Assembly (NCBI GenBank): GCA_003561665.1
Contig: PWVY01000169.1
Coordinates: forward strand, 1-26,961
Reading direction: 5' to 3'
Source of the DNA: Thermoplasmata archaeon
GTDB lineage: Archaea; Thermoplasmatota; SW-10-69-26
DNA length: 26,961 nt
The notes beneath the pieces are model-generated. The model was given only the letters and a program-made list of their open reading frames with translations, ran no database searches and was not told the origin of the DNA. Of the stretch, positions 24,391-26,961 are shown in pieces (position 1 is the first letter of the stretch; every line of letters starts with the position of its first letter). A program made the position numbers and the translations under genes.

Positions 24391-25367
24391 GCCAAGACGA
24401 ACACCGAGGCGTGCTCGTCGTCGGCGAGATCCTCGATGGAGAGATCCGAACGTGCACTTTGGAGCTTTTGGCCAAAGCACGGGACATCACAGACCGTCTT
24501 GGAGGACGCTTAACGTTGGCCCTGATCGGTGAGGATGCCGAAGCCTTGGGAGAAACGGGCGTTCACCATGGCGCCGATCGTGTCCTTGCCGCTGATGTCG
24601 ATCATGACGGGTTCCAGGCCACCCCGTTGGTGCGGCCCATCGCGCGCGTTATCGAGGACGTCATGCCTGAGATCGTGCTCCTTAGCGCCACGGACATGGG
24701 GCGCGATCTGGCTCCCATGTTGGGGGGACGGTTGGACACGGGCGTTGCGAACGAGTGCGTGGATCTGGATTTGGATGTGAGTGATCGCCGCTTGCTTGCA
24801 AAGCGGCATGTGTACGGGGGCGAGCTGGAGGAGACGCTTGTTACACCTTCAAGCATGCCTCAGATCGCGTCGCTTCGACCCGGCGCTGCCCGCGTGGGGT
24901 TCCCTGACGAGATGCGGTTCGGGGATGTTGAGACGCTTGAGGTTTCCTTGGATGAGGGATCGGACCTTGCGGGCACGACCCAGGGGGAAGGTCCCTCATT
25001 GGAGGAGGCGGATGTCGTCGTGGTGGGGGGTCGAGGCGTTCCTGAGGATGGATGGAACATCGTGGAGGAGCTTGCGGAGACGCTGGGGGGCGCCGTGGGT
25101 GCAACGCGGGGCGCCGTGCATGGGGACCGGGCAGGAGAAGAGGTCCTCGTGGACGCGACGGGGTTAACGATCCAGCCTCGGTTGTACGTGGGTGTTGGCG
25201 TCATGGGCACGTTCGATCACGTGAAAGCGGTGGATGCGGAATGGACGGTGGCCATCACGCGAAGCGGGGAGACGCCGTTGGCGAAGATCGCGGATTGGGC
25301 GCTCGTTGGAGACCCGGTGGATGTGGCGCAAAGCCTTATGGAGAATGTGACCGAGCGCCGGTCTTGA
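24387..25367 (+). CDS. etfA: Electron transfer flavoprotein alpha subunit (divergent)
   Basis: HHGADRV, GRDLAPMLGGRL, RHVYGG, LEEADVVVVGGRG, PRLYVGVG, ADWALVGD; ATGA overlap with etfB. Confidence 0.9.
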   Translation: MSQDEHRGVLVVGEILDGEIRTCTLELLAKARDITDRLGGRLTLALIGEDAEALGETGVHHGADRVLAADVDHDGFQATPLVRPIARVIEDVMPEIVLLSATDMGRDLAPMLGGRLDTGVANECVDLDLDVSDRRLLAKRHVYGGELEETLVTPSSMPQIASLRPGAARVGFPDEMRFGDVETLEVSLDEGSDLAGTTQGEGPSLEEADVVVVGGRGVPEDGWNIVEELAETLGGAVGATRGAVHGDRAGEEVLVDATGLTIQPRLYVGVGVMGTFDHVKAVDAEWTVAITRSGETPLAKIADWALVGDPVDVAQSLMENVTERRS

Positions 25368-25390
25368 CCCAAACGGGCCCGTGGAAACCC

Positions 25391-25395
25391 TTTAA
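25391..25395 (+). promoter_or_regulatory. TATA box (TTTAA) of the ABC transporter gene
   Basis: 25 bp upstream of GTG 25420. Confidence 0.45.
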
Positions 25396-25419
25396 CGGGG
25401 GGGACCCTCAACGGGGTTC

Positions 25420-26961
25420 GTGCGTGGACTTACCCCTGGTGATGGGGCGCTGGATGACTTACGCAGCGAGAAGCCGTACGCGTTCTGGCGCCTGTTGGCT
25501 CGCTACGCGCCTGATCAGTGGCGCGTGCTCACCGTCGGCATCGTCTCCGGTGTGGGGGCTCGTGCGTTCGAGATCTTGCCCGCGTTCTTGATCGGTATCA
25601 GCTTGGACATGATCTTCTTCCGCGAGGCCGCTTTCGCGCTTCCTGGGCTTCCGCAAGCCTGGGTCCCTGCGACGGCCACGGGGGAGCTTTTGCTCGTGGG
25701 CGGCCTCATCGGGGGCGCGTACGTGGGCGCTGCAGCGTTGGAATGGGTCAACCGGTGGGCGTGGAACCGGTTCTCTCAGCACACCCAGCACGAAGCTCGA
25801 ACCGACACGTACGCAGCGATGCAAACCCTAGACATGGCTTTCTTCGACTCGAGACAGACCGGCGAGTTGATGAGCGTGCTCAACAACGACGTCAACCGCC
25901 TCGAGCGCTTCCTCACGGACGGCGTCAACATGGGTTTCCGCATCGTGGTGATGGTCGGCGGCATGGCGCTCGTGATGCTTTTGATCAACTGGCAACTGGC
26001 CTTGATCCCCGTCGTGCTCATCCCCCTCCTGGCGCTCGCCAGTTGGTGGTTTATGAGCATCATCTACCCCAAGTACCAGAACGTGCGAACCGTCGTCGCC
26101 AAACTCAACAGTCGCTTGGAGAACAACGTCGGCGGCATCGAGACCGTGAAAGCCTACCGGCAAGAACGCTTCGAGGAAGAACGCGTCACGGAAGCCTCCC
26201 AACAGTACTACGATACGAACTGGGATGCCATCACGACGCGCATCAAATTCTTCCCCACGCTGCGCATCCTCACCGCGGTCGGCTTCCTGGCCACGTTCTT
26301 CGTGGGCGGCTGGTGGGTCCTCTACGGTGCCCCCTGGATCTTCACCGGCACCCTCAGCGCGGGCATGCTCGTCACGTTCCTCCTGTACACGCGCACGTTC
26401 ATGTACCCCATGCACGAGTTCGGCCGCATCGTCAACGACCACCAATACGCCCAAGCCGCCAGCGAACGCGTGCTTGGCCTCTTCGAACGCACACCCACCA
26501 TCCACGATGACCCCCACGCGCACCCCCTCCCCAGCCTCGACGAAGCCATCCAATACGACGCGGTCACCTTCGCATACCCCACCGACGAGGCCCCCGTCCT
26601 CAACGACATCACCCTCCACATCCAACCCGGCGAAACCATCGGCCTCGTCGGCCCCACCGGCAGCGGCAAAACCACGCTCGCCAAACTCCTGATGCGCTTC
26701 TACGACCCCACCAACGGACGCATCACCATCGGAGACCACGACCTGCGAAGCATCACGCTCGAAAGCCTCCGATCCAACATCGGGTACGTCCGCCAAGACC
26801 CCTACCTCTTCTACGGGACCGTCAAAGAGAACATCACGTACGCCACGCCCCACGCCGATCAGGCAGCCACCCAACGCGCCGCCCGCCGCGCAGGCGCACA
26901 CACCTTCATCAAAGACCTCCCCCACGGGTACGACACCATGGTGGGAGAACGCGGCGTCCGC
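25420..26961 (+). CDS. ABC exporter (fused TMD-NBD, MdlB/MsbA-like), truncated at the window end
   Basis: Manual translation from GTG 25420 (MRGLTPGDGALDDLRSEKPYAFWRLL...); TGELMSVLNNDVNRLERFL, Walker A GPTGSGKT, Q-loop VRQDPYLF, ends DLPHGYDTMVGERGVR. Absent from the ORF track because it has no stop in the window. Confidence 0.95.
   Translation, partial: MRGLTPGDGALDDLRSEKPYAFWRLLARYAPDQWRVLTVGIVSGVGARAFEILPAFLIGISLDMIFFREAAFALPGLPQAWVPATATGELLLVGGLIGGAYVGAAALEWVNRWAWNRFSQHTQHEARTDTYAAMQTLDMAFFDSRQTGELMSVLNNDVNRLERFLTDGVNMGFRIVVMVGGMALVMLLINWQLALIPVVLIPLLALASWWFMSIIYPKYQNVRTVVAKLNSRLENNVGGIETVKAYRQERFEEERVTEASQQYYDTNWDAITTRIKFFPTLRILTAVGFLATFFVGGWWVLYGAPWIFTGTLSAGMLVTFLLYTRTFMYPMHEFGRIVNDHQYAQAASERVLGLFERTPTIHDDPHAHPLPSLDEAIQYDAVTFAYPTDEAPVLNDITLHIQPGETIGLVGPTGSGKTTLAKLLMRFYDPTNGRITIGDHDLRSITLESLRSNIGYVRQDPYLFYGTVKENITYATPHADQAATQRAARRAGAHTFIKDLPHGYDTMVGERGVR

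Noticed and set aside
1-26961. CRISPR arrays, IS elements, rRNA genes
   Set aside because: No regularly spaced repeats, transposase motifs or rRNA-like sequence were seen. The C- and G-rich runs are codon bias inside genes.

Overview
GC-rich archaeal chromosomal window. The lineage is probably Thermoplasmatota-like with an acidic (halophile-like) proteome; this is inferred from a CCA-less tRNA, TATA/BRE promoters, GGTGA Shine-Dalgarno sites, archaeal D-aminoacyl-tRNA deacylase, a DRG GTPase and deoxyhypusine synthase. Gene order: partial USP-like gene, 4xCBS+HPF ribosome-hibernation-like gene, EgtC-like Ntn amidohydrolase, small membrane protein, 468-aa conserved unknown, MNT-HEPN toxin-antitoxin pair behind tRNA-Leu(TAG), membrane protein, DRG GTPase, AbrB-VapC toxin-antitoxin pair, dtdA, group II PLP decarboxylase plus SAM methyltransferase, a CarH/AerR-type B12-binding protein coupled to a PAS histidine kinase, deoxyhypusine synthase, DUF4242 protein, SlyD, membrane protein, sucCD, small orphans, CcdA plus TlpA-like lipoprotein plus His-rich lipoprotein, acyl-CoA dehydrogenase with a divergent EtfBA, and a partial ABC exporter. 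The best leads are the putative B12-dependent light-sensing kinase operon, the Hib-like hibernation factor next to a USP gene, the decarboxylase-methyltransferase pair, and kb-scale G+T/C+A skew blocks that ignore gene orientation. All family calls come from motif recognition by eye; no database search was run.
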